Virus record (IMG/VR): IMGVR_UViG_3300042013_000067 | Location: 128,001-192,000 of that record | Direction: 5' to 3' (one strand) | DNA length: 64,000 nt | Source: a virus | Lineage: Duplodnaviria; Caudoviricetes | Part shown: positions 49,702-57,442 of the stretch, in pieces | Layout of the letters: every line of letters starts with the position of its first letter | Numbering within the stretch: position 1 is the stretch's first letter | Translations under genes and position numbers: made by a program | Notes under the pieces: generated by a model | What the model saw: the letters and a program-made list of their open reading frames with translations, nothing else | The model's database searches: none | Told to the model about the DNA's origin: nothing

Positions 49702-49736
49702 GCATAGCCCGCTCTTACGGGAGCGGGCTTTATGCC
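49702..49736 (+). terminator. Terminator closing ncRNA candidate A
   Basis: GCATA-GCCCGCTCT-TACG-GGAGCGGGC-TTTATGCC. Confidence 0.8.
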
Positions 49737-49803
49737 ATGTTTAAATAAAAGAAATACATTTTGTGTAATAGTATACGGTAGTGATTGCCGTTGTTTTGCA
49801 AAT

Positions 49804-49876
49804 TCCATGGTAGCTCAGTTGGTAGAGCAGCGCACTGTTAATGCGCGGGTCCGGTGTTCGAGTCACCGCCGTGGAG
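49804..49876 (+). tRNA. tRNA-Asn (GTT), CCA not encoded
   Basis: Acceptor TCCATGG/CCGTGGA, D arm GCTC-AGTTGGTA-GAGC, anticodon arm GCGCA-CTGTTAA-TGCGC, T arm CGGTG-TTCGAGT-CACCG. Confidence 0.96.
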
Positions 49877-49884
49877 CGATTTTC

Positions 49885-50150
49885 ATCGTTACTGTAAAAG
49901 GTAGCGAGAATTACCCTGATGCTCGGTTGCGTGGTATTACTGTCGTGGTGTACTGGGCAAACCGGAAAGAATCCCGAGAGTCGTGGTTCAGGGTGGACAG
50001 TTGTGGAGTAACTATCCATGGCAAACGAGTCGAGAATTACGCTGGCCAATCTGGTTAAACGTGGCAGCCTTTGAGCGGCCCCGCCTAATAGGGCTTCAAT
50101 GCCTATGGTCAGCACCCTTTAAGATCCTGTGGGCAACCACAGGGTTTTAT
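49885..50150 (+). ncRNA. Candidate ~265-nt structured ncRNA with a duplicated CGAGAATTAC motif
   Basis: Nested helices, two copies of a 10-nt motif, ending in a GCAA-tetraloop hairpin plus T tract. Confidence 0.55.
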
Positions 50151-50159
50151 TCCTTTTAT

Positions 50160-50266
50160 GGCTAGGAGCGGAGTTCGACTCTCCGCGGTGGTGGCCTTGG
50201 GTAGGCGCCGGTCCCGCTGGGATGGGCTTCGGAAACGACACAGAGGTTCGACCCCTCGCCTAGTCT
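50160..50266 (+). ncRNA. tRNA-like RNA with two TTCGA T-loops (pseudo-tRNA or Y-RNA-like)
   Basis: Closing stem GGCTAGG/CCTAGTC, T arms at 50168-50186 and 50243-50257, D-like arm GCC-TTGGGTA-GGC; no canonical anticodon arm. Confidence 0.65.
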
Positions 50267-50339
50267 TCTATTGGAGCATGCAATGCCAATCTACGAAGAG
50301 GTAAGAGTTCGATTGTGACCTTAACTGGAGCAATCGAAT

Positions 50340-50516
50340 ATGGCACGTTCAAGAAAAGAAGGCGGTACCCGGCGCGATGGTCGCGAATACTGGAGCCGTC
50401 GTCCTAACTGCAATGGTGCAGTGGGTAAGTTTGCCAAACGCATTATCCATGGTCAAGAGCGCTGTATCGCTAAAGACCTGACTCGTAGTGAACTGAAAGC
50501 TCATTTCTCGGAGTGA
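50340..50516 (+). CDS. 58-aa Arg/Lys-rich small protein
   Basis: GGAG RBS; MARSRKEGGTRRDGREYWSRRPNCNGAVGKFAKRIIHGQERCIAKDLTRSELKAHFSE. Confidence 0.8.
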   Translation: MARSRKEGGTRRDGREYWSRRPNCNGAVGKFAKRIIHGQERCIAKDLTRSELKAHFSE

Positions 50517-50548
50517 GCATAGAGCCGGGGGCAACCCCGGCATTATGT
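50516..50548 (+). terminator. Terminator (the same 18-nt hairpin recurs near 51869 after rtcB)
   Basis: GCCGGGG-GCAA-CCCCGGC flanks rtcB on both sides. Confidence 0.7.
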
Positions 50549-50579
50549 CTGTCCCCTCTTTCCAACCGTGTGAGGTTTT

Positions 50580-51839
50580 ATGCAACGCAAGACTTATGAA
50601 TTACTGGGTGGTGATACTCAAGCTGGATTCAAGCCAATTAAAGGCTGGACCATGGGTGTGCCAGTAGAGCCCGATGCCGTTAAACAGCTTAAGAATATAG
50701 CCTCGCTGCCCTTCATCCACTCGCATGTGGCGGTAATGCCTGACGTTCACGTCGGTAAAGGTGCGACCATAGGTACGGTCATCGCCACGCTGGGTGCAAT
50801 CATTCCAGCAGCGGTGGGTGTGGATATCGGTTGTGGCATGGCTGCACAACGTACCTCGCTAACCGCTAATGACCTGCCAGATAACCTGTCTGAGCTGCGG
50901 TCCTTCCTTGAGCAGTTGATCCCGCACGGGCGTACTGACAATGGTGGTGCGAACGATCGTGGTGCTTGGGGTTCTCAGGTAGCTCTGGATCACCAGATAG
51001 ACACAGTTCGTCTGGAAGCATCGCGTCTGCAGTTTGCACTGAATATGCTGGTGGCCAAGCATCCGAAGTTACAACGCGCTGCAGGCCGTGCATGGAATCA
51101 TTGCGGTACACTCGGCACGGGTAACCACTTCGTCGAGATCTGTCTGGATGAAGAAGACCGTGTATGGATCGTGCTGCACTCCGGTTCACGGGGCATCGGT
51201 AACGCCATTGGTACTTACTTCATCGATAAGGCCCAAGGTGAAATGCGGACACATCAGATCAACTTGCCTGATCGTGATCTGGCGTATTTGAAAGAAGGTT
51301 CGGTGTTGTATGCGGATTACCTCGATGCGATCAGCTGGGCACAGCGCTTTGCAGCATTGAACCGTACGGTGATGATGCATGCTGCTATTCAGGCACTGCA
51401 CATGTTCATGCAGCGGCCGATTGATTGTGATCTCGAAGCGGTCAACTGCCATCACAACTACGTGTCCCAAGAATACCACTTTGGTAACGATGTGCTGGTG
51501 ACGCGTAAGGGTGCGGTAAATGCACATGAAGGTTCGCTGGGTATTATCCCTGGTTCCATGGGGGCGAAGACCTTTATCGTCCGTGGTAAGGGTAATACCG
51601 AGTCCTTCTGTTCTTGCTCGCATGGTGCTGGTCGTGTGATGTCCCGTAAGGCGGCAGAGCGTACCTTCACCCTCGAAGACCACATTCGTGATACGGCTGG
51701 GATTGAATGCCGTAAAGATGAAGGTGTGCTCGATGAAACACCGAAAGCGTACAAGAACATCGATGACGTAATGTCCGCACAGGCAGAACTGGTCGATATC
51801 GTTCACACACTACGCCAAGTAGTTTGCGTTAAGGGTTAA
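50580..51839 (+). CDS. rtcB: RNA 3'-phosphate ligase RtcB
   Basis: AVMPDVH.G.G..IG, VGVDIGCG, LGTLGTGNHFVE, LHSGSRG.G, NCHHNY, GIIPGSMG, SCSHGAGR, DETPKAYK. Confidence 0.97.
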   Translation: MQRKTYELLGGDTQAGFKPIKGWTMGVPVEPDAVKQLKNIASLPFIHSHVAVMPDVHVGKGATIGTVIATLGAIIPAAVGVDIGCGMAAQRTSLTANDLPDNLSELRSFLEQLIPHGRTDNGGANDRGAWGSQVALDHQIDTVRLEASRLQFALNMLVAKHPKLQRAAGRAWNHCGTLGTGNHFVEICLDEEDRVWIVLHSGSRGIGNAIGTYFIDKAQGEMRTHQINLPDRDLAYLKEGSVLYADYLDAISWAQRFAALNRTVMMHAAIQALHMFMQRPIDCDLEAVNCHHNYVSQEYHFGNDVLVTRKGAVNAHEGSLGIIPGSMGAKTFIVRGKGNTESFCSCSHGAGRVMSRKAAERTFTLEDHIRDTAGIECRKDEGVLDETPKAYKNIDDVMSAQAELVDIVHTLRQVVCVKG

Positions 51840-51931
51840 ACGCCTACTTCTCGGAGTAGGCATAGTGCCGGGGGCAACCCCGGCTCTTATTCCATCTGGA
51901 GTAAAATATGTTAGCGAGTAAGGGATGTAAC

Positions 51932-52234
51932 ATGAACGACAATCCATTTAAAACATACTCTTGCCGGTTTGAGTTTACCCATGACTTTACGGCTTTTATT
52001 ATCGCTGCCGATAAACAAGGGGTGTTGATCAACACCAGTGAACTGCATCACCTTAAGAACGAGGGTGATAAGTACCCTGCTCCTGATGTCTACGTAGAGT
52101 TCAAGGCTGAAGCACCATTGGACATACTGCAAACTATTTTGAGACAGGGCTCTGATCTGCACGTGGGTCTTCAGACGCTTCGGCCAGTGGCCCTCAAAGA
52201 CAATCCTTTGGACCGTGATTACAACCTCATTTGA
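51932..52234 (+). CDS. Hypothetical protein
   Basis: AAGGGA RBS before MNDNPF. Confidence 0.75.
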   Translation: MNDNPFKTYSCRFEFTHDFTAFIIAADKQGVLINTSELHHLKNEGDKYPAPDVYVEFKAEAPLDILQTILRQGSDLHVGLQTLRPVALKDNPLDRDYNLI

Positions 52235-52252
52235 GAAAACTAAGGAATCGCC

Positions 52253-52753
52253 ATGTCACGATTAGCTACGATCCATGCGTCGATGGACGCTACGATGCAA
52301 GCGTTTCTGGAAGTCAGTGAAATCCAGAAGCACCTTATCAACCACTACGGGAAAGCGAGCTGGTTGCGGGATTTCCGCACCATGGGTTTCTACGTACCCC
52401 GGCAGAACGGGGCTACGGCATGGATGCTAAAACAGATCCTCCAAGAACCTGACTCGTTGTTGTTCTCCAAGTACCGGGACCATCTCATACAGAACTTCGA
52501 TGGTGCTGGGGTATGTGACGTAATGAAGCCCAAGACGTCCATGTTGTCTGCTGAAGTACAGGCTCGGATGCATGAGCCGTTTGAGTTGTCCCAGTGGATC
52601 AAGCACCAGAACTACCGTATTAAACCACTTAAGCTACTCGTGATCGAACAGTCCTGCGTGGTGTTCAACAACATCCGTATCAACAAGTTCTACGATTGGT
52701 TGGAGCAATCACCCGGCGTAACCAGTGAAACATTAATACTGCGCATCAACTAG
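52253..52753 (+). CDS. Hypothetical protein with a degenerate P-loop-like motif
   Basis: AAGGA RBS; PRQNGAT and LLVIEQ segments. Confidence 0.7.
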   Translation: MSRLATIHASMDATMQAFLEVSEIQKHLINHYGKASWLRDFRTMGFYVPRQNGATAWMLKQILQEPDSLLFSKYRDHLIQNFDGAGVCDVMKPKTSMLSAEVQARMHEPFELSQWIKHQNYRIKPLKLLVIEQSCVVFNNIRINKFYDWLEQSPGVTSETLILRIN

Positions 52754-52832
52754 ATATGTGTTCTTAGCACAATCACCATTCACGTTTTAAACCAGTCAGC
52801 AAGTGCCCGCTACGTCGAATGAGTCGACTTTT

Positions 52833-52906
52833 TGGCATGTAGCTCAGTTGGGTAGAGCAATCGGCTTTTAACCGATGGGTCGCAGGTTCAATCCCTGCCA
52901 TGCCAC
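52833..52906 (+). tRNA. tRNA-Lys (TTT), CCA not encoded
   Basis: Acceptor TGGCATG/CATGCCA, D arm GCTC-AGTTGGGTA-GAGC, anticodon arm ATCGG-CTTTTAA-CCGAT, T arm GCAGG-TTCAATC-CCTGC. Confidence 0.93.
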
Positions 52907-52927
52907 TACTACTGACAGGTGAAATGA

Positions 52928-53455
52928 ATGTTGAATGAAATCGCTGTACGTACCCTTCCTGCTGCAAATCGTGTGATCCGTTCGATCGAACTGAAAGAGG
53001 TTACCATTAACTCTGAAGGTGAATCGTGGCGGTCTAAGGAACAGCGAGAAGGGTTGGTGATTGTGCTGGAATCCGGATGGTCTTTGGTGCTTGTGGATAT
53101 TTGCGGGCAGTCTTGCTGTGAACATCGTTACATGAGCACCCCGGACGATCTGGAATCTTTGGTGGGTGAAACGCTGGTGGGTATCCGTCACGGCGGTGTA
53201 ACCGATGGGGTCCATCACTATTGCGACAAAGAGGATGGTGCTGTGATCTTGGCGGGGGATGAGGAAGAACAGTGTTACTGCACTGATTCTCAGGAGGCAG
53301 AGTTCGTCCATATCCAAACCGATCGGGACTCTATCTGTATCGGGACTTACAACGAGCACAACGGTTACTACGGTGGCCTGAATCTTGCTGTGACTGTTCT
53401 TGATCCAGAAGGGCATGCGGTTGTCTATCAGAAAAGCTTCACCGAGGAGGATTAA
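52928..53455 (+). CDS. Conserved phage hypothetical protein
   Basis: QSCCE.RY...DDL and YNEHNGYYGG motifs, recalled as a widespread phage family. Confidence 0.75.
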   Translation: MLNEIAVRTLPAANRVIRSIELKEVTINSEGESWRSKEQREGLVIVLESGWSLVLVDICGQSCCEHRYMSTPDDLESLVGETLVGIRHGGVTDGVHHYCDKEDGAVILAGDEEEQCYCTDSQEAEFVHIQTDRDSICIGTYNEHNGYYGGLNLAVTVLDPEGHAVVYQKSFTEED

Positions 53456-53515
53456 GTTGGGGGTCTTCGGACCCCCGGCTATTCCGTCTATCAATTTTAC
53501 AGACAAGGGTACGAC

Positions 53516-54079
53516 ATGAGCACTGTTGATCGTTTCAAAGAGAAACAAATTAAAGACGCTGCTACCAAGGAGCAGTTGGATCACGTCGAGTCCATCAAGA
53601 AGATGATCTCGATCCAACCAGACAACCCAGTCTGGGCTCTGGCGTTGCCAATCCAAGAAGTCTTTGCCCAAGCCGAGTACCGCGATCAACATGGCGCTTA
53701 TGCCGTTACTTTCGCTAAAGGTGAAGATGGTTCGAATGCTGTAGTCTGGAACAGTAAGGTACGTGGTGTTCAGGAACCCTTCCTGTCTGTACAAGCTACG
53801 CCACGTGTTGCACCACGAGCTGCGCAGATAGCACCACCGGATGTCCTCGATGAATTCCTGTACATGATCGAAGACATCAACCAGAACGATAAGGGCGCCA
53901 GTGCTGCATTGATCCGGGCTGCGGTATTGTCATTCAAAGCGCTATTGGTTACCGTGCTGGATGGTGATCCTGCAACGAACCACTATTTCATTCAAGCCTA
54001 TACTCAAGATCGCAAGTACCTGATGGACATTCAGGTCTACTACGACGTAATCCAAGACGACATCGAGCACCAGGGGTAA
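53516..54079 (+). CDS. Hypothetical protein
   Basis: AAGGGT RBS. Confidence 0.75.
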   Translation: MSTVDRFKEKQIKDAATKEQLDHVESIKKMISIQPDNPVWALALPIQEVFAQAEYRDQHGAYAVTFAKGEDGSNAVVWNSKVRGVQEPFLSVQATPRVAPRAAQIAPPDVLDEFLYMIEDINQNDKGASAALIRAAVLSFKALLVTVLDGDPATNHYFIQAYTQDRKYLMDIQVYYDVIQDDIEHQG

Positions 54080-54082
54080 AGC

Positions 54083-54403
54083 ATGACCACGATTCGTGTA
54101 TCTGCGATTCATCTGATCCGGACCAAGAAACTCAAGTCGGGTGTCGTAATCGTCCGGCATCGCAAGACAATCACCGATGCCAAGACCACGACCGTTAAGG
54201 TAGGTGATCAACTCAAACTTACTGCGGTGTTCGATAATAAGTGGGCGGTTGGAAGCATGTCCGGGACGCTCGACATTACGACTGGTAACTTTAGCGCCAC
54301 GGTCGACAGTTGTGAGTTACGGGGTTACCTGCGGGGACGAGGGTTCAAACCATTGGGTTACGGTCTGTCGGCCAACAACACCAATATTCGTCGTCGAGGG
54401 TGA
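54083..54403 (+). CDS. Hypothetical protein
   Basis: Coupled to the upstream gene; GGGG RBS. Confidence 0.65.
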   Translation: MTTIRVSAIHLIRTKKLKSGVVIVRHRKTITDAKTTTVKVGDQLKLTAVFDNKWAVGSMSGTLDITTGNFSATVDSCELRGYLRGRGFKPLGYGLSANNTNIRRRG

Positions 54404-54407
54404 GCTC

Positions 54408-54602
54408 ATGTTCGAAGACCTACTTCGTAAAATCCGTGACGAGATGACCCCAGAGGAAAAGCTACGGGAACTATGTGGCCCTCAGTGGGGTGGTGCTTAT
54501 AAAGGTGAGATGAAGAACGATCACGGCGAGCGAACCAATCGTAAGCTGAAGGACCAGCCCTTCTATCATCGTAGCGGCAACAAGAAGATGCGCCGTTTCT
54601 AA
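54408..54602 (+). CDS. 64-aa basic hypothetical protein
   Basis: GAGGGTGA RBS before MFEDLL; basic C-terminus. Confidence 0.7.
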   Translation: MFEDLLRKIRDEMTPEEKLRELCGPQWGGAYKGEMKNDHGERTNRKLKDQPFYHRSGNKKMRRF

Positions 54603-54618
54603 TTAGACTGGAGGATAC

Positions 54619-55302
54619 ATGGAAGGACTTAACGTTTATAATGAACCACGGGCTCTGGAGGCGGAACGTGAGCTCTGTGAGTTCATTGGTGACTTGTCTG
54701 AAGGGGTGTTGAGCTGTAGCTTCAATGATGACGAGATCTTAGGTCTTGTGCTCAAAGATGGTTTGAACGAACAAGTCGAGTGGGTCTGTAAGCAGGAACG
54801 TGACCGATGCATGGGTGAGATTGGTCGTCACACACCACCTGACGGTGATTGGGATGCTGAGTTAATCCGACGCCTTACGGCTCTACGTGGCTGGCCTGAG
54901 GGGTGGTACGCACCTTTAACCTTGTTGAGTGATCTGCCTGAACACTACCAGCGACTCTTCCGTGGTACTATGCACGAACACCTACTGACTCCGGAGGTGG
55001 GTGATACCATCCACTTGACCGCGTACCGGATCGAGTTCCCGACGATGGCCGATGCTCTGACCTCGGGTCAAAGTGTGTGTTGCCAGCTCGATGAACCCTA
55101 CCTGTTACGTCGCGATGGTAAAGGGCATATGGCCGTGCATTTTACAGTGGACATCGACAACATTCAGTGTGATGTCGTAATCACCCACATGGGCAACGGA
55201 ACCACGTACTCTAGCTGCGTAGTGACGCACGACGTTACCAAGGTGCAGTATCACGCGCGTGTGTTCCCACAACTTAACGTCACGACTCCTGTAGTGGTGT
55301 AA
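54619..55302 (+). CDS. Hypothetical protein
   Basis: GGAGG RBS. Confidence 0.75.
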   Translation: MEGLNVYNEPRALEAERELCEFIGDLSEGVLSCSFNDDEILGLVLKDGLNEQVEWVCKQERDRCMGEIGRHTPPDGDWDAELIRRLTALRGWPEGWYAPLTLLSDLPEHYQRLFRGTMHEHLLTPEVGDTIHLTAYRIEFPTMADALTSGQSVCCQLDEPYLLRRDGKGHMAVHFTVDIDNIQCDVVITHMGNGTTYSSCVVTHDVTKVQYHARVFPQLNVTTPVVV

Positions 55303-55311
55303 GGAGGCTAC

Positions 55312-56136
55312 ATGCAGCATGCCGATCTATTGCTAGAGATCTGCCGTGAGATCATGGCTAAAGACCCTAGGCTGGCTACCATGGATGCGGGTCCTAGTTC
55401 TGATACTTACGGGGTGGCCACGAAGATTCACGTGCCTGAAGGTAACTGGGCTTTCTTTCAATTGAAGGGGCAGGAAGATCGCAAGACCTTTGTCTATCGT
55501 GTCCCTGAAGACATCCCCTATCTGTATCACCGCATTGTGGGTAAATGTCCACCCGGCTATGTACTGGTGGAGATGGATGCTGAAACGCGGTGTATTTACG
55601 CGCAACTCACCGAGGGTCAGACATTCTACTGTCCGGAGACCACGTGGATGGTGCATGACTGGGCCACCAAGCGGGATATCCGTCAAATGACCCATTGGTA
55701 TCGGTGGAGTGAAGCAGAGAAGCACGCCTTTCTTGATAAACGCTATCCCAAAGGAGCTAAGTACATGCCGGTTCATGAAGCCATCCAAGTACACAACCTC
55801 AAAGATGCCGAGGCCCATCGGACACTGCTGAAAGATCTGGAACAGTTGGGTTATACCGACTTTAATCAGGTCATGACCCTGCTCAAGGACAAACGTTCTG
55901 AGGTGCTCCAAGAGCGTGATTTCCAGATCTGGGCAGAAGGATACCAAGCAACGGGTGAGCATGCTCCTGCACGCCTTGTAGGCACGCAGACGGCCTATTC
56001 ATTCCATGATGCCTGTGTCAAGCAGTACGAGGCAGCTGAACACCACTCGAAGACGTATTGGAACTCCGATCGCACTGCTATCTGGGGTTGCCGTCTGTTC
56101 GACAACGAAGCCGATGCACGTAAGTCATTTGGTTAA
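55312..56136 (+). CDS. Hypothetical protein with conserved C-terminal WGCRLFDNE..ARKSFG motif
   Basis: AAGGAGG RBS. Confidence 0.78.
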   Translation: MQHADLLLEICREIMAKDPRLATMDAGPSSDTYGVATKIHVPEGNWAFFQLKGQEDRKTFVYRVPEDIPYLYHRIVGKCPPGYVLVEMDAETRCIYAQLTEGQTFYCPETTWMVHDWATKRDIRQMTHWYRWSEAEKHAFLDKRYPKGAKYMPVHEAIQVHNLKDAEAHRTLLKDLEQLGYTDFNQVMTLLKDKRSEVLQERDFQIWAEGYQATGEHAPARLVGTQTAYSFHDACVKQYEAAEHHSKTYWNSDRTAIWGCRLFDNEADARKSFG

Positions 56137-56280
56137 ATAGAACACATCTACCGCGGTTCTGAAAAGAACTACAGCTCAGTTCCTACTATGCGGGTATAGC
56201 TTTCACCAGTATATCCGCACATTAACGGAATAAAGGACACCGGCCTCATCGCCGGGCTTATGTCCACCAAGGAGGTTTTG

Positions 56281-56484
56281 ATGTCAGCACACAATATCGA
56301 CGACGACGATCAAGTGATTCAAGATCAGTTTAACCGCATACGCAGGCATACCTCGATAGCCTGCATCCTCTGGGTGCCTCCCGAACGGATCACACCAGAG
56401 CGACGATCCAGCGGTATACTGGTTTTGCAACCCCATGTCGTCGACTATCCCAACCTGCTCGAAACACCACTTCGATCTTACTGA
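56281..56484 (+). CDS. 67-aa hypothetical protein
   Basis: AAGGAGG RBS before MSAHNI. Confidence 0.6.
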   Translation: MSAHNIDDDDQVIQDQFNRIRRHTSIACILWVPPERITPERRSSGILVLQPHVVDYPNLLETPLRSY

Positions 56485-56493
56485 GAAACGACC

Positions 56494-56631
56494 ATGTCAA
56501 CCATACCCCGAAGCCACGTGATGCCTAAGAAGCAACGTGAAGTGAGTGCCAATAACCCACTGCTGTTCAAATGCCGTTGGCAGCTAGTGAAATTGGTTTT
56601 CCCCACTAAAAAGGAGAAGACTATACAGTAA
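56494..56631 (+). CDS. 45-aa possible small ORF
   Basis: Fills an intergenic gap; weak GAG RBS. Confidence 0.35.
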   Translation: MSTIPRSHVMPKKQREVSANNPLLFKCRWQLVKLVFPTKKEKTIQ

Positions 56632-56700
56632 CTCCTGGCTAAGGGGGAGACATAGCGAATCTGACCCGGTTCGCTATGTCTTTTGATTCCATTTTGCTTA

Positions 56701-56728
56701 AGAACTATATTGTCTTTGTGAATTAGGA
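56701..56728 (+). promoter_or_regulatory. Early promoter cassette, copy 3
   Basis: 28-nt exact match to copies 1 and 2. Confidence 0.8.
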
Positions 56729-56762
56729 GCAATAAGCTCATCATCCTTTTAAGGAAGAAACA

Positions 56763-57224
56763 ATGTTTAACACCAAAGGCAATCAGTGGGTTATTCCTGA
56801 ACTCGGTCTGTTGGATATCCCAGACCACTTAGTCCGCATGCGGGATGCTTGGGCTATCGAAACAGATGTTGATACTTGGTGGGTATGGCGTGATGTAGAT
56901 CACGGCTGGAACTACATGGAGTCACTGCGTGAAGCGGCGGTATTCGCTATCACCATCGGTAGTCTAGAGACTGAAGAAGCACGTATGTGCAACGACCTGT
57001 ATCGCAAAGATCGTCTGACGGCGACTGGCGTGATCGGCGTGTTCTTTCGCTCTGGTTTAAAGCAAGCGTACCATGTGATTCTAGATGGTGTGGTGACCAT
57101 CTTCCCTTATAACGAAGGGAAGGGCTTCTGTAAGGCCGTAGCGGCTTCTGAGAAGCTAATGAGTGCAACCACCAAGAACTTCATCAAACGCGTCGGAGCC
57201 GACGCTAGGCTACATCTGCCGTAA
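56763..57224 (+). CDS. Early hypothetical protein
   Basis: Follows the third early promoter cassette; AAGGA RBS. Confidence 0.8.
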   Translation: MFNTKGNQWVIPELGLLDIPDHLVRMRDAWAIETDVDTWWVWRDVDHGWNYMESLREAAVFAITIGSLETEEARMCNDLYRKDRLTATGVIGVFFRSGLKQAYHVILDGVVTIFPYNEGKGFCKAVAASEKLMSATTKNFIKRVGADARLHLP

Positions 57225-57286
57225 TCAAACACTAGCCCTCCCAATTGGGAGGGCTATATTCCGACTTGGATAGGGAGTGGTAAAAG

Positions 57287-57442
57287 ATGCGGGTAATTGT
57301 AAACCTGTTTGAATTGTTGGGTGTACTGGCGGTACTGGGTATCTTTGGATGGATGTGGGTCACGCGTAAGTTAGCGGCACGACGTGAACGCAAACTGACT
57401 GAGCGTCTACAGAAAGCTGCGGTCGATATTGCTAAGCAATAA
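57287..57442 (+). CDS. 51-aa single-TM membrane protein
   Basis: AGGGAG RBS; MRVIVNLFELLGVLAVLGIFGWMWVTRKLAARRERKLTERLQKAAVDIAKQ; flanked by terminators. Confidence 0.7.
   Translation: MRVIVNLFELLGVLAVLGIFGWMWVTRKLAARRERKLTERLQKAAVDIAKQ

Noticed and set aside
49732-50115. ORFs spanning tRNA-Asn (49732-50058 plus, 49741-50115 minus)
   Set aside because: They overlap a canonical tRNA, lack an RBS and have atypical composition.
50160-50266. Interpretation as tRNA-Sec or tmRNA
   Set aside because: No TCA anticodon arm, no G3-U70 alanine identity, and no tag reading frame.
52868-53794. 308-aa minus-strand ORF
   Set aside because: It overlaps tRNA-Lys and two well-supported plus-strand genes.
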